Shown: in pieces, positions 34,005-44,099 of the stretch
Numbering within the stretch: position 1 is the stretch's first letter
How the letters are laid out: every line of letters begins with the position of its first letter
Position numbers and translations under genes: made by a program
The notes under the pieces: model-generated
The model's input: the letters and a program-made list of their open reading frames with translations, nothing else
What the model was told of the DNA's origin: nothing
Database searches by the model: none
Assembly (NCBI GenBank): GCA_965277405.1
Contig: OZ255726.1
Location: forward strand, 1,408,001 to 1,472,000
Source: Gammaproteobacteria bacterium
Lineage (GTDB): Bacteria; Pseudomonadota; Gammaproteobacteria; G965277405
DNA length: 64,000 nucleotides
Direction of reading: 5' to 3'

Positions 34005-35411
34005 TTACAGACTATAGTACATAGCAAATTCAGCTGGATGCGTTGACATGCGCACACGGTCAACATCTACTTGCTTGATTGCGATATATGCATCAATCAG
34101 GTCATCGCTAAATACCCCACCTTGCTTAAGAAAATCACGATCAGCAGCCAATGCCGCTAAGGCAACATCTAACCCTTGGGCAACAGTTGGCAGATTTTTC
34201 GCTTCTTCTGGTGGCAAATCGTACAAATCTTTATCTGCTGGATCACCTGGGTGGATTTTGTTGGTTATTCCATCAATACCGGCCATCATCATGGCAGCAA
34301 ACGCCAAGTAGGGATTCGCCGTGCAATCTGGGAAGCGGACTTCAATGCGGCGTCCTTTTGGATTGGCAATATACGGAATGCGAATTGATGCAGAGCGGTT
34401 ACGCGCAGAATATGCACAAATAACTGGTGCTTCAAAACCTGGCACTAAGCGCTTGTATGAGTTGGTAGATGCATTGGTGAATGCATTCAACGCTCGCGCG
34501 TGTTTAATAATGCCGCCGATATAATACAAGGCATCATCACTCAAGCCAGCATAGCTATCGCCAGAAAAAATATTGACACCATCTTTCATGATTGATTGGT
34601 GGCAATGCATCCCAGACCCATTATCACCAACCAACGGTTTTGGCATAAATGTTGCTGTTTTTCCATAGTTATGGGCAACATTATGCACACAATATTTATG
34701 AATTTGCAACTCGTCAGCCTTGCGCATCAATGAGTTAAACTTTGCGCCAATTTCGCATTGTCCGCCAGTTCCTACTTCATGGTGATGAACCTCTACCTCC
34801 AGCCCCATATCTGCCATTGCTTGACACATTTCAGCGCGTAAGTCGCTCAACGAATCCACAGGTGGTACTGGCAAATACCCGCCTTTAACTCCCGGGCGAT
34901 GTCCGGTGTTGCCGTCTGCAAACTTGCCGTTGCTACTCCACGCACCTTCTTCACTGTCAATTGAATATGCAGTGCTGTGCATATGCGTTTGCCAACGCAC
35001 AGAATCAAACACAAAGAATTCTGGTTCTGGTCCAAAATATGCGGTATCACCAAGGCCTGTTGACTTTAGATACATTTCTGCACGTTTTGCAGTCGCTCTT
35101 GGGTCTCTGCTGTATGATTGACCAGTCGCAGGCTCAATTATACAACAGCGCAATAATAATGTTGGGCGTTGGGCAAATGGATCCATGACTGCAGAGCTAT
35201 CGTCTGGCATCAAAATCATGTCAGATTCGTTAATCCCTTTCCAGCCTACAATTGATGACCCATCAAACATCCGTCCCGATTCAAATAAGTCTTCGTCAAT
35301 CGAATCGACGGGGTATGAAATATGTTGCTCTTTGCCGATGGTATCGGTGAAGCGAAAATCAACCCACTCAACTTTATGAGTTTCAATAAGTTCGAAAGTT
35401 TTTTCTGACAT
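34005..35411 (-). CDS. glnA: Glutamine synthetase type I
   Basis: [52 protein letters not shown]. Confidence 0.98.
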   Translation of the reverse strand: MSEKTFELIETHKVEWVDFRFTDTIGKEQHISYPVDSIDEDLFESGRMFDGSSIVGWKGINESDMILMPDDSSAVMDPFAQRPTLLLRCCIIEPATGQSYSRDPRATAKRAEMYLKSTGLGDTAYFGPEPEFFVFDSVRWQTHMHSTAYSIDSEEGAWSSNGKFADGNTGHRPGVKGGYLPVPPVDSLSDLRAEMCQAMADMGLEVEVHHHEVGTGGQCEIGAKFNSLMRKADELQIHKYCVHNVAHNYGKTATFMPKPLVGDNGSGMHCHQSIMKDGVNIFSGDSYAGLSDDALYYIGGIIKHARALNAFTNASTNSYKRLVPGFEAPVICAYSARNRSASIRIPYIANPKGRRIEVRFPDCTANPYLAFAAMMMAGIDGITNKIHPGDPADKDLYDLPPEEAKNLPTVAQGLDVALAALAADRDFLKQGGVFSDDLIDAYIAIKQVDVDRVRMSTHPAEFAMYYSL

Positions 35412-35554
35412 GGTATTCCTCAAGTAAGCGATACAATATTATATTAACTATTAATTAATTAATTATTAATTAATGTGCACAAACATAGCTACTGGCTTGT
35501 ACTGATTTTACAATGTTTTAACACACAATATGCTGTTTTTTTGTATGGCTTAAC

Positions 35555-35588
35555 GGAAACTCTGCTTAAAGTCATGATGGGCGAAAAC
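35555..35588 (+). mobile_element. Degenerate MITE left-end fragment
   Basis: GGAAACTCTGCTTAAAGTCATGATGGGCGA. Confidence 0.7.
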
Positions 35589-35653
35589 AATGTATAGAGG
35601 TGCACATATGGCTGTAACCGTGGTGTGTTAGGACATAATTAAAGTGGGCTTAT

Positions 35654-35940
35654 GGAAGCTCTGATTAATTCCATGATGGGCGAGACGGAGAAAAAACGCT
35701 GCTGAAACTTAAGCACAGTGCGCAGATAATACTGGTGGTCTTGTGGGTGTTGCCAAGTGCTGCAACGACGCAGCGCAGCGTTTTTTCCCGTCCTTCTGTT
35801 GAATATATATGATGGTTTGCTGCAATTGCTGTGTTGCATCCCTTGGCGTATATGCTACGGCATGCGCCTGCGGAATGCGCCTTGCAATCATCAGCAATTG
35901 CAGGCAAACTCGCTCCATCAGCGAGTTAATCAGAGGTTCC
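35654..35940 (+). mobile_element. Full-length IS5-TIR MITE (287 bp) with TTAT target duplication
   Basis: TTAT|GGAAGCTCTGATTAA ... TTAATCAGAGGTTCC|TTAT; the right-hand TTA is the folK stop codon. Confidence 0.95.
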
Positions 35941-36669
35941 TTATGTGAGGCTAGGTTGACTAAGCTCAGCAATAAATTTTTGTAAGAAAGGCCGCTCAAA
36001 TACATCGCCATTGACGATGGTGTTATTGTGGGTCAAAATATCCAAATCGATAATTCTTGGCGCAGTAGGCGCGGTGTTACGCCCCATAGCCACTTCTATC
36101 GCGCGCAGTTGTTGCTTGAGCAAAATAGGGTCTAACCACGAAATAATAGCGACAGCCGTATTAATGTAATCAGGTTGGTTTTCCACACCGACAGGAGCAG
36201 TTTGCAACTGCGCAGTTGCGCCTATGACGTTAAACTGTGTATGCAATAACCCTAGCGCTATGTTGATATTCTTGCTCGGGTCAATGTTCGACCCCAGCCC
36301 AATGACAAACTTTGACTTGTGGCGGGTGAGCGTCAGCGTAACCCCGGTACTGTGCGCATGGCGCAACGCCCTGCCTTTATCGATTGTTACCGTTGCCCGA
36401 GTAATGCGTGTATCAAAATCGAGCACCATTTTGGTAGCTTCAAGCACCAGCCGTTCGATTAGCCCAAAGTGCTGACTCGCGGCAAACGCGCGTATTGCGA
36501 CGCTGAGGGCTTTGTAATCGACTGTTGTCTCGATGTTGTCTGCAGCAAAACCATCATTCAGGTTGGCTTGCAACTCTATGGATAGCAGTAACCGCTGTTT
36601 GACGAGTTTTTCCCATGCATAAATGCCGACAGAGCAATCACAAGCGAGTTGTTTAATCCAAATTTGCAT
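35941..36669 (-). CDS. folK: Fused dihydroneopterin aldolase / HPPK (FolB-FolK)
   Basis: N-terminal GIY.WE...Q, TVDY, LIE.L (FolB); C-terminal IGLGSN, QPDY.N, IE..MGR, PRIIDLDIL (FolK). Confidence 0.88.
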   Translation of the reverse strand: MQIWIKQLACDCSVGIYAWEKLVKQRLLLSIELQANLNDGFAADNIETTVDYKALSVAIRAFAASQHFGLIERLVLEATKMVLDFDTRITRATVTIDKGRALRHAHSTGVTLTLTRHKSKFVIGLGSNIDPSKNINIALGLLHTQFNVIGATAQLQTAPVGVENQPDYINTAVAIISWLDPILLKQQLRAIEVAMGRNTAPTAPRIIDLDILTHNNTIVNGDVFERPFLQKFIAELSQPSLT

Positions 36670-37396
36670 GGTTTTGCATATGTTGTCCGTTATCAATAAA
36701 TAAAAGTTGCCCAGTAACCGCGGTGTTGCCGATTAAAAAATCAAGTCCGTTGCATATATCATCGATTACTACAGATTTTTTTAATGGGGTATTGATACAC
36801 ACTTGGGTAAACTGGCTAGGGTTATCAGCCGCAGCGAACACTGGCCCCGGGCAAAGCGCGTTGACACGAATTGTCGGCGCTAACGCCTGCGCTTGCATCA
36901 TGGTCGCAGCTGCCAGTGTTTGCTGGGTTAAAGTATAGCCAAAGTGGTCGCAACGCACTGCGGTAATCCGTGCGTCAATCATATGGATAATTGTAGGGCT
37001 GGATGGTGTATCTGTTTGCTCGGCATGAAATTGCGCGAATAATTTATTCAAAGCTATCGGAGTAAATATATTCAAGGCAAACTCTGCTGGTAACGTGGCA
37101 GCATCCAACTCAAAGAAAGAGACGTTTTCAAAGCTCGATGCATTATGAATTAGCACGTCACAACTGCCAAAATGGGTAATGACATCGGTAAACAACGCTA
37201 CCGCTGCATGTGGTTGGCGTAGATCCGCCTGAAAAACATGGCATCTATCAGGGCAAGCCGCCGCAATTACAGCGGCTTGCGCCGCGTTGCTGTGATAGTG
37301 CAACGCTACTTTATACCCTGCATTGGCAAAATATCTCGATAAGCCAGCCCCTACCCGCGTCGCCGCACCAGTGATCAATACAACAGGCATCCGCAT
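36653..37396 (-). CDS. folM: Pteridine / dihydromonapterin reductase, SDR family (FolM-like)
   Basis: ITGAATRVG, HYHS, HNAS.F, LAPTIRVN.L.PG, TGQ...ID.G.H; adjacent to folB-folK. Confidence 0.8.
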   Translation of the reverse strand: MRMPVVLITGAATRVGAGLSRYFANAGYKVALHYHSNAAQAAVIAAACPDRCHVFQADLRQPHAAVALFTDVITHFGSCDVLIHNASSFENVSFFELDAATLPAEFALNIFTPIALNKLFAQFHAEQTDTPSSPTIIHMIDARITAVRCDHFGYTLTQQTLAAATMMQAQALAPTIRVNALCPGPVFAAADNPSQFTQVCINTPLKKSVVIDDICNGLDFLIGNTAVTGQLLFIDNGQHMQNHANLD

Positions 37397-37528
37397 TCAC
37401 CGCTCCGAATATGCAAATAATGGATAATATACTCAATATACCTTGGATTAAGGTAATAAATCAATTGTCAAGCTGCTTGTTTTACTTACACTGCACGCCC
37501 TTTCTCTTTCTGAATTACAAATAAACAT

Positions 37529-37876
37529 ATGGTAGTTATACGACTCGCGCGTCGCGGCTCACATAAGCGTCCTTTTTATGCGATTACTGTTGCCGATAAA
37601 CGCGCTGCCCGCGATGGAAAATTTTTAGAACGAGTTGGTTATTTTAACCCGCTTGCCCGTGGACAAGAACAGCGACTGCATGTCGACCAAGCGCGTGTTG
37701 CCCATTGGATAGCGCAAGGCGCGCAGCCAAGCGACCGCGTGAAGCAATTAATCAGTGATGCCAACAAAGACCCCCAGCTGCTCGCAGAACAACGCCAAGT
37801 AAAACTGGATCGGCGTATAGCAAAACGCCAAGCAGCAAAACAAGCAGCGACGGCAACAGCAAGCGCAACATCATAA
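37529..37876 (+). CDS. rpsP: 30S ribosomal protein S16
   Basis: [36 protein letters not shown]. Confidence 0.98.
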   Translation: MVVIRLARRGSHKRPFYAITVADKRAARDGKFLERVGYFNPLARGQEQRLHVDQARVAHWIAQGAQPSDRVKQLISDANKDPQLLAEQRQVKLDRRIAKRQAAKQAATATASATS

Positions 37877-37886
37877 TACCGTCAAT

Positions 37887-38438
37887 GTGGCTGACAAAAC
37901 GCTGATTCTTGTTGGTCAAGTTGGTAGGGCGTGGGGAATTACTGGGTGTAATAAATTTCAATCGTATACCCAACCGCAACAGCGTATCCGTGAGTACGCG
38001 CCGTGGTACTTGTTAGACAAAACCCACCTGCCTTTTGCAGATACACTGAGTGCAGCAGCTGTGCATGCAGAATTGATCGAAATCCAGCCGACGTGTACTG
38101 CAAATAATTCCATCCGTATCGCCCATTCTGATTCACCACATACGGCGCAACAATATGTTAACGCAGCTATTTACGTTGATTCAACCCAGTTACAAGCAAC
38201 TGACGCCGATGAGTTTTATTGGCATGAATTAATCGATAAACGCGTTATTCATCTCGACGATAGCGACTATGGTAGGGTTGATACATTACAAAGCGTTGGC
38301 AGCACCGATGTATTAGTCGTAGTTCCTGACCAGCAATCCTGCGATAACCAGCAACGCATGATTCCATTCATTATCGGTCGTTACATCCACCGCGTAGCGG
38401 CAACCGCAATCCACGTCGATTGGCCAGCAGACTACTAA
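37887..38438 (+). CDS. rimM: Ribosome maturation factor RimM
   Basis: VG....WGI.G, EFYWHELI, DVLVV, MIPF, VDW; follows rpsP. Confidence 0.92.
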   Translation: MADKTLILVGQVGRAWGITGCNKFQSYTQPQQRIREYAPWYLLDKTHLPFADTLSAAAVHAELIEIQPTCTANNSIRIAHSDSPHTAQQYVNAAIYVDSTQLQATDADEFYWHELIDKRVIHLDDSDYGRVDTLQSVGSTDVLVVVPDQQSCDNQQRMIPFIIGRYIHRVAATAIHVDWPADY

Positions 38439-38504
38439 CAACTTTGAACATGGAGAGGAGCAACGCGGTGGTGGGATGCACGGCGGGGTGGGCGGTGAAT
38501 TACC

Positions 38505-38550
38505 GCGTTTTTTCTCCGTCTCGCCCATCATGGACTTAATCAGAACTTCC
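38505..38550 (-). mobile_element. MITE end fragment
   Basis: GCGTTTTTTCTCCGTCTCGCCCATCATGGACTTAATCAGAACTTCC|CTAA. Confidence 0.88.
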
Positions 38551-38579
38551 CTAATAACCTCGTCTTGCTGTAGTATAGC

Positions 38580-38837
38580 TTAGCTAGTGTTGCGGTAATG
38601 TTCGATTATGCGGTTGATGAGCGGTTGCAATGATTGTTCTGCGGCAAGCCCACGTATCAGCCAGTCGAATAGCTGTGGGTCTTCGTGGGCAACAAGGCGT
38701 TGATATAGAGTAATTGCTGCTGGTGACATTGTGGCATAGTTATCGCGAATATACGTTGAAAGTAGTAAGTCTAGCTCGAGCATTCCCCGCGAACGGCTAT
38801 GCCAATACAACTGATTATAAAGTGAATGTGAGTCCAT
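38580..38837 (-). CDS. sdhE: FAD assembly factor SdhE (YgfY)
   Basis: RGMLELD motif, EDPQLFDWL; 85 aa. Confidence 0.92.
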   Translation of the reverse strand: MDSHSLYNQLYWHSRSRGMLELDLLLSTYIRDNYATMSPAAITLYQRLVAHEDPQLFDWLIRGLAAEQSLQPLINRIIEHYRNTS

Positions 38838-39645
38838 GAATCGAGTAACTTGTGTAGTATCAAATTGGTCTGCGCTGCGCATTGTTGGCGATACAGCTGC
38901 GGCGTTGCTGCAAGGGCAATTAACGTGTGATTGCACGCCGCTGCAGCAGCAAGGTTTTGGGGCTGCGTGTAATACCAAAGGTAGAATAGTTGCTAATTTT
39001 GTTATTGTTCTACAAAATATCGATGATTACTTGTTATTTCTGCCAAGCGATAGCGCGGCATTGTTGCTGGCACATTTGCGGGTGTACGCCCCATTTTATC
39101 GTGGGGTACAATTGCAAATAATGCCGCAACAAGTTGTGGTGTGTTGGTGCGCTGAACTCGCGGATACAACCGATGCCAAGCAGCGCATGCAATACGCGCT
39201 AGCAAATTGCAGCTGGCGTATAGCAGAGGCTGAATATAACAGTGAAGATACCGCAACCAATGAACGCGCTTGGCATGCCTGGTGTATCCAGCATTTGCTG
39301 TATTTTGTCGATGCAGCGACCAGTGGGGAAAAATTAGTCCACGAACTTGGACTGCATTTGCTGGCAGTATCTTTTGAGAAAGGTTGCTACACGGGACAAG
39401 AGATTGTCGCGAGGGTTCATTATCGAGGGAAAAGCAAAAAGATTATTGGTTTTGGTACACTCAGCAGCGCTATCCACTGCAACAATGCGGTAATCATCGC
39501 CGCTAATGAAGTTGCCGGGCATGTGTTGACGTATGTTGCAGGGGAAACTACCACATACGTGTGCGGACAAATTCAGCGCAAGCATACAGCGGCAGAGCTG
39601 TGTATTGGCAATGAAAAATTGCAACTCGATTGTTGGGCCGAGTAA
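38836..39645 (+). CDS. ygfZ: Folate-binding Fe-S repair protein YgfZ
   Basis: G.....LLQGQLTCD and SFEKGCYTGQEIVAR motifs. Confidence 0.93.
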   Translation: MNRVTCVVSNWSALRIVGDTAAALLQGQLTCDCTPLQQQGFGAACNTKGRIVANFVIVLQNIDDYLLFLPSDSAALLLAHLRVYAPFYRGVQLQIMPQQVVVCWCAELADTTDAKQRMQYALANCSWRIAEAEYNSEDTATNERAWHAWCIQHLLYFVDAATSGEKLVHELGLHLLAVSFEKGCYTGQEIVARVHYRGKSKKIIGFGTLSSAIHCNNAVIIAANEVAGHVLTYVAGETTTYVCGQIQRKHTAAELCIGNEKLQLDCWAE

Positions 39646-39755
39646 TCCAAGTTGGGTTGCGAAAATTTTATACGGTATATCGTTGCATGGCGCAATAAAT
39701 CTATACACTCATCGGCTACCATATCGCCCACCATATAACATGATAATTTAATACT

Positions 39756-40892
39756 ATGCAACCGATTGACCAAACTGGAGTGGTCCAGCAAAGACTGATT
39801 ATCCGCATCCTTAAACACGGCTCATTTCCTGCTGCATTATTATTTTTGTCAACATCATTATGGATGCTGTCAGGGCACAATGAAAAAGGCGACGATGTGT
39901 CAATCGTGCAAAGCGTTGCTGTCAGTGATTTTCGCGTACAGGTACAACAGTTTCCAAAACAGCAAGTAGTGCAATTGCTAACATTGAACGGCTTAACCGC
40001 GGCAATGAAATCCGTCGACCTCGTCAGCGAATATTCGGGCACAGCCACCAAAGTATTTGTCGCTAACGGGGCCTTAATTGCCGCTGCTGCTAAAATCATC
40101 CAACTCAATCAAAACGCGCTCCCTGCAGTATTGGCGGCCAAACGCGCAGCTGTCCAATCAACTAGTTTAAATTACAATTCAATATTAAATCTACACAAAA
40201 AAGGCTTGGTTGCTGATGCTGCGTTGAAGAGCCAACTGGTTGTGTTGCGCAATGCGCAGGCAAGCGTTGCGACTACAACCCAACAACTCAAGCGGACGTT
40301 AATAAAATCGCCATTTGCGGGAGTGTTGGAACGCTTTAATATTGAAGTAGGCCAATATGTGGACTCTGGAGATGTAATCGGAACGGTAAATGACTTTAGC
40401 CATCTTAAGGTCAATGCGGTACTAAGCGAAAAGGAAGTGTTTGCCATTCGCAACCGTGGTGTGTCTTACGTAGACATTGTGTTTGCAGCAGGCGTTACCC
40501 AGTCTGCTGTTATCAATCATATTAGCACAGTAGCGGATAACAATAATCGCGGTTTCGCGCTTGAGTTGCTGGTCAACAATCCACCAGAACGTTTAAAAAT
40601 AGCGGGAGTAAGTGTCGAAATTTCAATTGCTGTCAAGCAGATAGATGCAGCAATCCTATCGCCTGCGTTGTTCTCGTTAAACAATCTTGGAGAAATAGGG
40701 ATCAAATATGTTGATACAAATAACAAAGTTGCATTTTTGCGCATAACCGTGCTGGGGACTCAACCCCAAGGAGCCCAGGTAATTGGCGAAGGATTGTTTG
40801 ACAAAAGAATTATTACATCTGGGCAAGGGTTCGTCAAAGAAGGACAAACAGTCGTTGCTGTGGCTGTTGCAACAGCCACAGGAGCACAATAG
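39756..40892 (+). CDS. RND efflux periplasmic adaptor (MFP)
   Basis: Lipoyl-like halves, IKSPFAG, VGQYV..G, I.SGQGFV..G; upstream of RND permease. Confidence 0.9.
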   Translation: MQPIDQTGVVQQRLIIRILKHGSFPAALLFLSTSLWMLSGHNEKGDDVSIVQSVAVSDFRVQVQQFPKQQVVQLLTLNGLTAAMKSVDLVSEYSGTATKVFVANGALIAAAAKIIQLNQNALPAVLAAKRAAVQSTSLNYNSILNLHKKGLVADAALKSQLVVLRNAQASVATTTQQLKRTLIKSPFAGVLERFNIEVGQYVDSGDVIGTVNDFSHLKVNAVLSEKEVFAIRNRGVSYVDIVFAAGVTQSAVINHISTVADNNNRGFALELLVNNPPERLKIAGVSVEISIAVKQIDAAILSPALFSLNNLGEIGIKYVDTNNKVAFLRITVLGTQPQGAQVIGEGLFDKRIITSGQGFVKEGQTVVAVAVATATGAQ

Positions 40893-40895
40893 AGC

Positions 40896-43800
40896 ATGGG
40901 GATTACGCAAAACGCCACTGGCTGGATAGATACTTTAATACAATATAAGCGCAGTGTTTTGATAATCACTGGCTTGGTTTTGGTGAATGCTGCTGTTGCG
41001 TTAGTCACAATAACGAAGGAAAACTTTCCTGATATTAACATTCCTATCCTGTATATCAGCATTAAGTTGAGCGGGATTAGCCCAGATGATGCAGAAACTT
41101 TATTGATAAACACGATTGAAGGCGAATTATCGGATATCGACGGGTTAAAACACATCACCACGACTGCAAGCCAGGGGCATGGGTCTATCCACCTAAGATT
41201 TAACGCTGGCACTGATATGAAAAAGGCGAAGGAGGACACCCAAGAGCGGCTCGACTCTGTCGAAAAAAATTTACCAGCTGACGCTGATAAACCGACGTTG
41301 CACGAGATCAATGTAGCGCTGTTTCCAATCATGTCTGTTGCGCTTGTCGGTGATGTTGATGAGCAAGAGCTATTGCGTGTTGCCCGCTTATTGAGCGATA
41401 AGTTTGAGAGTGTTCCAGGGGTATTAGAAGCAAAAATTATCGGTGAGCGTGAGGAATTGATTGAAATTGTTGTTGATTTGCAAAAGGTAAATAACCTTGG
41501 CTTAAATTTGCTGAGTGTCGCCAACATGATTCGCCGCAATAACCAATTGATTGCTGCTGGTTCATTTGACCCTGGGGTAGGTCGCTACACCCTCAAGGTG
41601 CCTGGAAGAATCGACACCATCCAACAGTTCTATGACCTGCCCGTGGCAAAGTTAGGTGCTGAAATAATCAAGCTGAAAGATGCTGCTGAAGTGCAAAGGA
41701 CATTTAAAGATGCGACAACACTGTCACGGTTTGATGGGCAACAAGCATTGACGATTGATATTTCTAAACGGGTTGGGGCTAATATTTTAGCGACAGTTGA
41801 CGGGGTTAAAGACGTGTTGGCACAAGCGCAACCACACCTGCCAAAAAATATTCAGTATGAAATCGCCAGCGACACCTCTGTCCAAACCAGGACATCGCTG
41901 GCAAGCTTATTTAACAATGTAATATTTTCTACGCTGTTGGTAATCATTGTGATTATGTCTATTTTAGGCGTTCGCAATTCAGTGTTGGTTGGACTGACCA
42001 TCCCGTGTTCTTTTTTGATAGGAATACTGTTGTTGCAACTGCTTGGCTATACGTTGAACATGGTAGTGTTGTTTAGTTTAATAATGAGCGTAGGTATTTT
42101 AGTTGATAGCGCAATTGTGGTTGTCGAAAGTGCTGATCGTTATATGCTGCAAGGAATGTCGCGCGCGCGGGCTTTTGCCATGGCATCAAAGATTATGGGT
42201 CCGCCAATTATTGCCTCGAATGCGACGACACTGGTAGCTTTTGCACCGTTGCTGTTTTGGCCCGATACGATTGGTGAATTCATGAAGTTTCTGCCAATAA
42301 CTTTAATCGCTACCTTGTGTGCATCAATTGTATTTGCCTTAATTATTATTCCTGTGGTTGGCTCAGTCATTGGTAGGCCTGGAGGAACGCCAAAATCTGC
42401 GCATGAAATTGATGCATTCTTTACTACTGGTAATGTTGCGGTTTTATCTGGTTTCACCAGCTGGTATGTGCGCATTATGAACACATTGATTGTGCATCCA
42501 ATGAAGGTGATTATTGCGATCGTGTGGGTGTTTGTAGCCGTTGTAGCGCTGTATGGGATGTATGGCAAAGGGACTAATTTTTTTCCTGCTGACGAGCCAG
42601 AACGTGGGCAAGTGACTGTTCGAGCTCGCGGTGATTTATCGATTACTGAGCGCGATGCAATCGTGCGTAAGGTTGAAGCTGCGCTATTTAGCTTTGGTGA
42701 AATCAAGCATATCAGCACCAAGGTTTTTACTACTCCTGCCAGGAACGTTGCCGCTGATACGATTGGCGAGTTAAATGTTGATTTCAAGGATTGGCAGATT
42801 CGCCGACCAGCCAAAGAGATTTTTGCTGATATCCGCAAGGCAACGAATAATCTGATACCAGGAGTGGTTGTTAACACGATGCTTGAACAAGATGGTCCTC
42901 CAGCTGCAGCAGATGTGATGCTCGATATTCGCGGGTCTAACATTGCCAATGTTGCTGATGGCGTTGCAAAAATAAAGACACTCCTTGAATCAATCGGTGG
43001 TTTGTATCAGATACAAGATAGCCGGCCATTAACTGGGCTTGAATGGTCAATTATCGTCGATAAGGCCGAAGCAGCAAAATATGGGCTGACTGTCGGAGAT
43101 GTTGGTTCAATGATCAAGTTGGTGACCAGCGGGGTGTTTGTCACAGATTATATTTCCCATGTTGGCTCTAATGATAAAATTGACGTTGTGGTGCGCCTGC
43201 CCCATACGCAAAGATCAATTCAAATGCTCGAACAGCTGCGCATTGTTACAACCAATGGTGAAGTAGCATTATCAAATTTAATTAGCCGTCAACCAAAACA
43301 AAAACAAGGTGCACTCGTCAAAATTGATGGTGAGTATTCGTATAGCATTCAGGCAGATATTGAGGCAGGGGCTGACAAGCCCAGTAGCATAAATAAGGTG
43401 GTTAGCGCAGTTAAAAAAGTTGGCTTTTTGGGTGATACAACATACCGTTTCCGCGGCAATCAAGAAAATCAAGAAAATTCACAACGGTTTTTAATGCAAG
43501 CATTTGGGATTGCATTCGTGGTGATGCTGCTGGTGTTGGTAACCACATTTAATAGCATTTCGCAAGCATTGTTGATCTTGAGTGCCGTCATGTTTTCCGT
43601 AATCGGAGTGTTTATTGGCTTGATGATTAAGGGCGAGCCGTTTGGTATCGTGATGAGTGGTGTGGGTATTATCGCGTTATCAGGAATTGTTGTTAACAAC
43701 AACATTATTCTGGTGGAAACCTTTAACACTATTCGCCAATCGATGAATTGTACGATTAAAGATGCAATTCTTAGAACGTGTGCGCAGCGACTGCGCCCGG

Positions 43801-44075
43801 TCGTTGTCACCAGCTTGACCACGATTGTTGGCTTATTGCCGCTGGTATTCCAAATCAATATCAATCTGGCTGATAGGTTGTATGTGTATCAACACCCATC
43901 GTCGCTGTTTTGGGTGCAGTTAGCGACAACTATTGCTGGCGGACTTGCAGTGTCGACAGTAATCACCATGCTCATCACCCCGAGCATGCTGTATTTATTC
44001 GAGACCAGACGCGTCCAATTTAAACAGTGGCGAAACAAGTGGCGAGACAATAGGAATGCAAGCACAACCATGTAA
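40896..44075 (+). CDS. RND efflux permease (AcrB/AcrD/AcrF family)
   Basis: FPDINIP, GILVD.AIVVVE, TT..AF.P, GIVVNN.I.LV, RLRPV..T.LTT..GL.P; 1059 aa. Confidence 0.95.
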   Translation: MGITQNATGWIDTLIQYKRSVLIITGLVLVNAAVALVTITKENFPDINIPILYISIKLSGISPDDAETLLINTIEGELSDIDGLKHITTTASQGHGSIHLRFNAGTDMKKAKEDTQERLDSVEKNLPADADKPTLHEINVALFPIMSVALVGDVDEQELLRVARLLSDKFESVPGVLEAKIIGEREELIEIVVDLQKVNNLGLNLLSVANMIRRNNQLIAAGSFDPGVGRYTLKVPGRIDTIQQFYDLPVAKLGAEIIKLKDAAEVQRTFKDATTLSRFDGQQALTIDISKRVGANILATVDGVKDVLAQAQPHLPKNIQYEIASDTSVQTRTSLASLFNNVIFSTLLVIIVIMSILGVRNSVLVGLTIPCSFLIGILLLQLLGYTLNMVVLFSLIMSVGILVDSAIVVVESADRYMLQGMSRARAFAMASKIMGPPIIASNATTLVAFAPLLFWPDTIGEFMKFLPITLIATLCASIVFALIIIPVVGSVIGRPGGTPKSAHEIDAFFTTGNVAVLSGFTSWYVRIMNTLIVHPMKVIIAIVWVFVAVVALYGMYGKGTNFFPADEPERGQVTVRARGDLSITERDAIVRKVEAALFSFGEIKHISTKVFTTPARNVAADTIGELNVDFKDWQIRRPAKEIFADIRKATNNLIPGVVVNTMLEQDGPPAAADVMLDIRGSNIANVADGVAKIKTLLESIGGLYQIQDSRPLTGLEWSIIVDKAEAAKYGLTVGDVGSMIKLVTSGVFVTDYISHVGSNDKIDVVVRLPHTQRSIQMLEQLRIVTTNGEVALSNLISRQPKQKQGALVKIDGEYSYSIQADIEAGADKPSSINKVVSAVKKVGFLGDTTYRFRGNQENQENSQRFLMQAFGIAFVVMLLVLVTTFNSISQALLILSAVMFSVIGVFIGLMIKGEPFGIVMSGVGIIALSGIVVNNNIILVETFNTIRQSMNCTIKDAILRTCAQRLRPVVVTSLTTIVGLLPLVFQININLADRLYVYQHPSSLFWVQLATTIAGGLAVSTVITMLITPSMLYLFETRRVQFKQWRNKWRDNRNASTTM

Positions 44076-44099
44076 TTGGGGTTAGAGGTTCCTTAGAGA

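Noticed and set aside
35445-35520. TTAA-rich run and a possible sigma-54/NtrC promoter upstream of glnA
   Set aside because: No convincing TGGCAC-N5-TTGC on the coding strand; low complexity
40760-42949. Long antisense ORFs (259 and 269 aa) opposite the RND permease
   Set aside because: Shadow frames of a well-supported plus-strand gene
44083-44096. AGAGGTTCC-TTAG upstream of apbC as a TIR relic
   Set aside because: Only 9 bp plus target; suggestive but not distinguishable from chance
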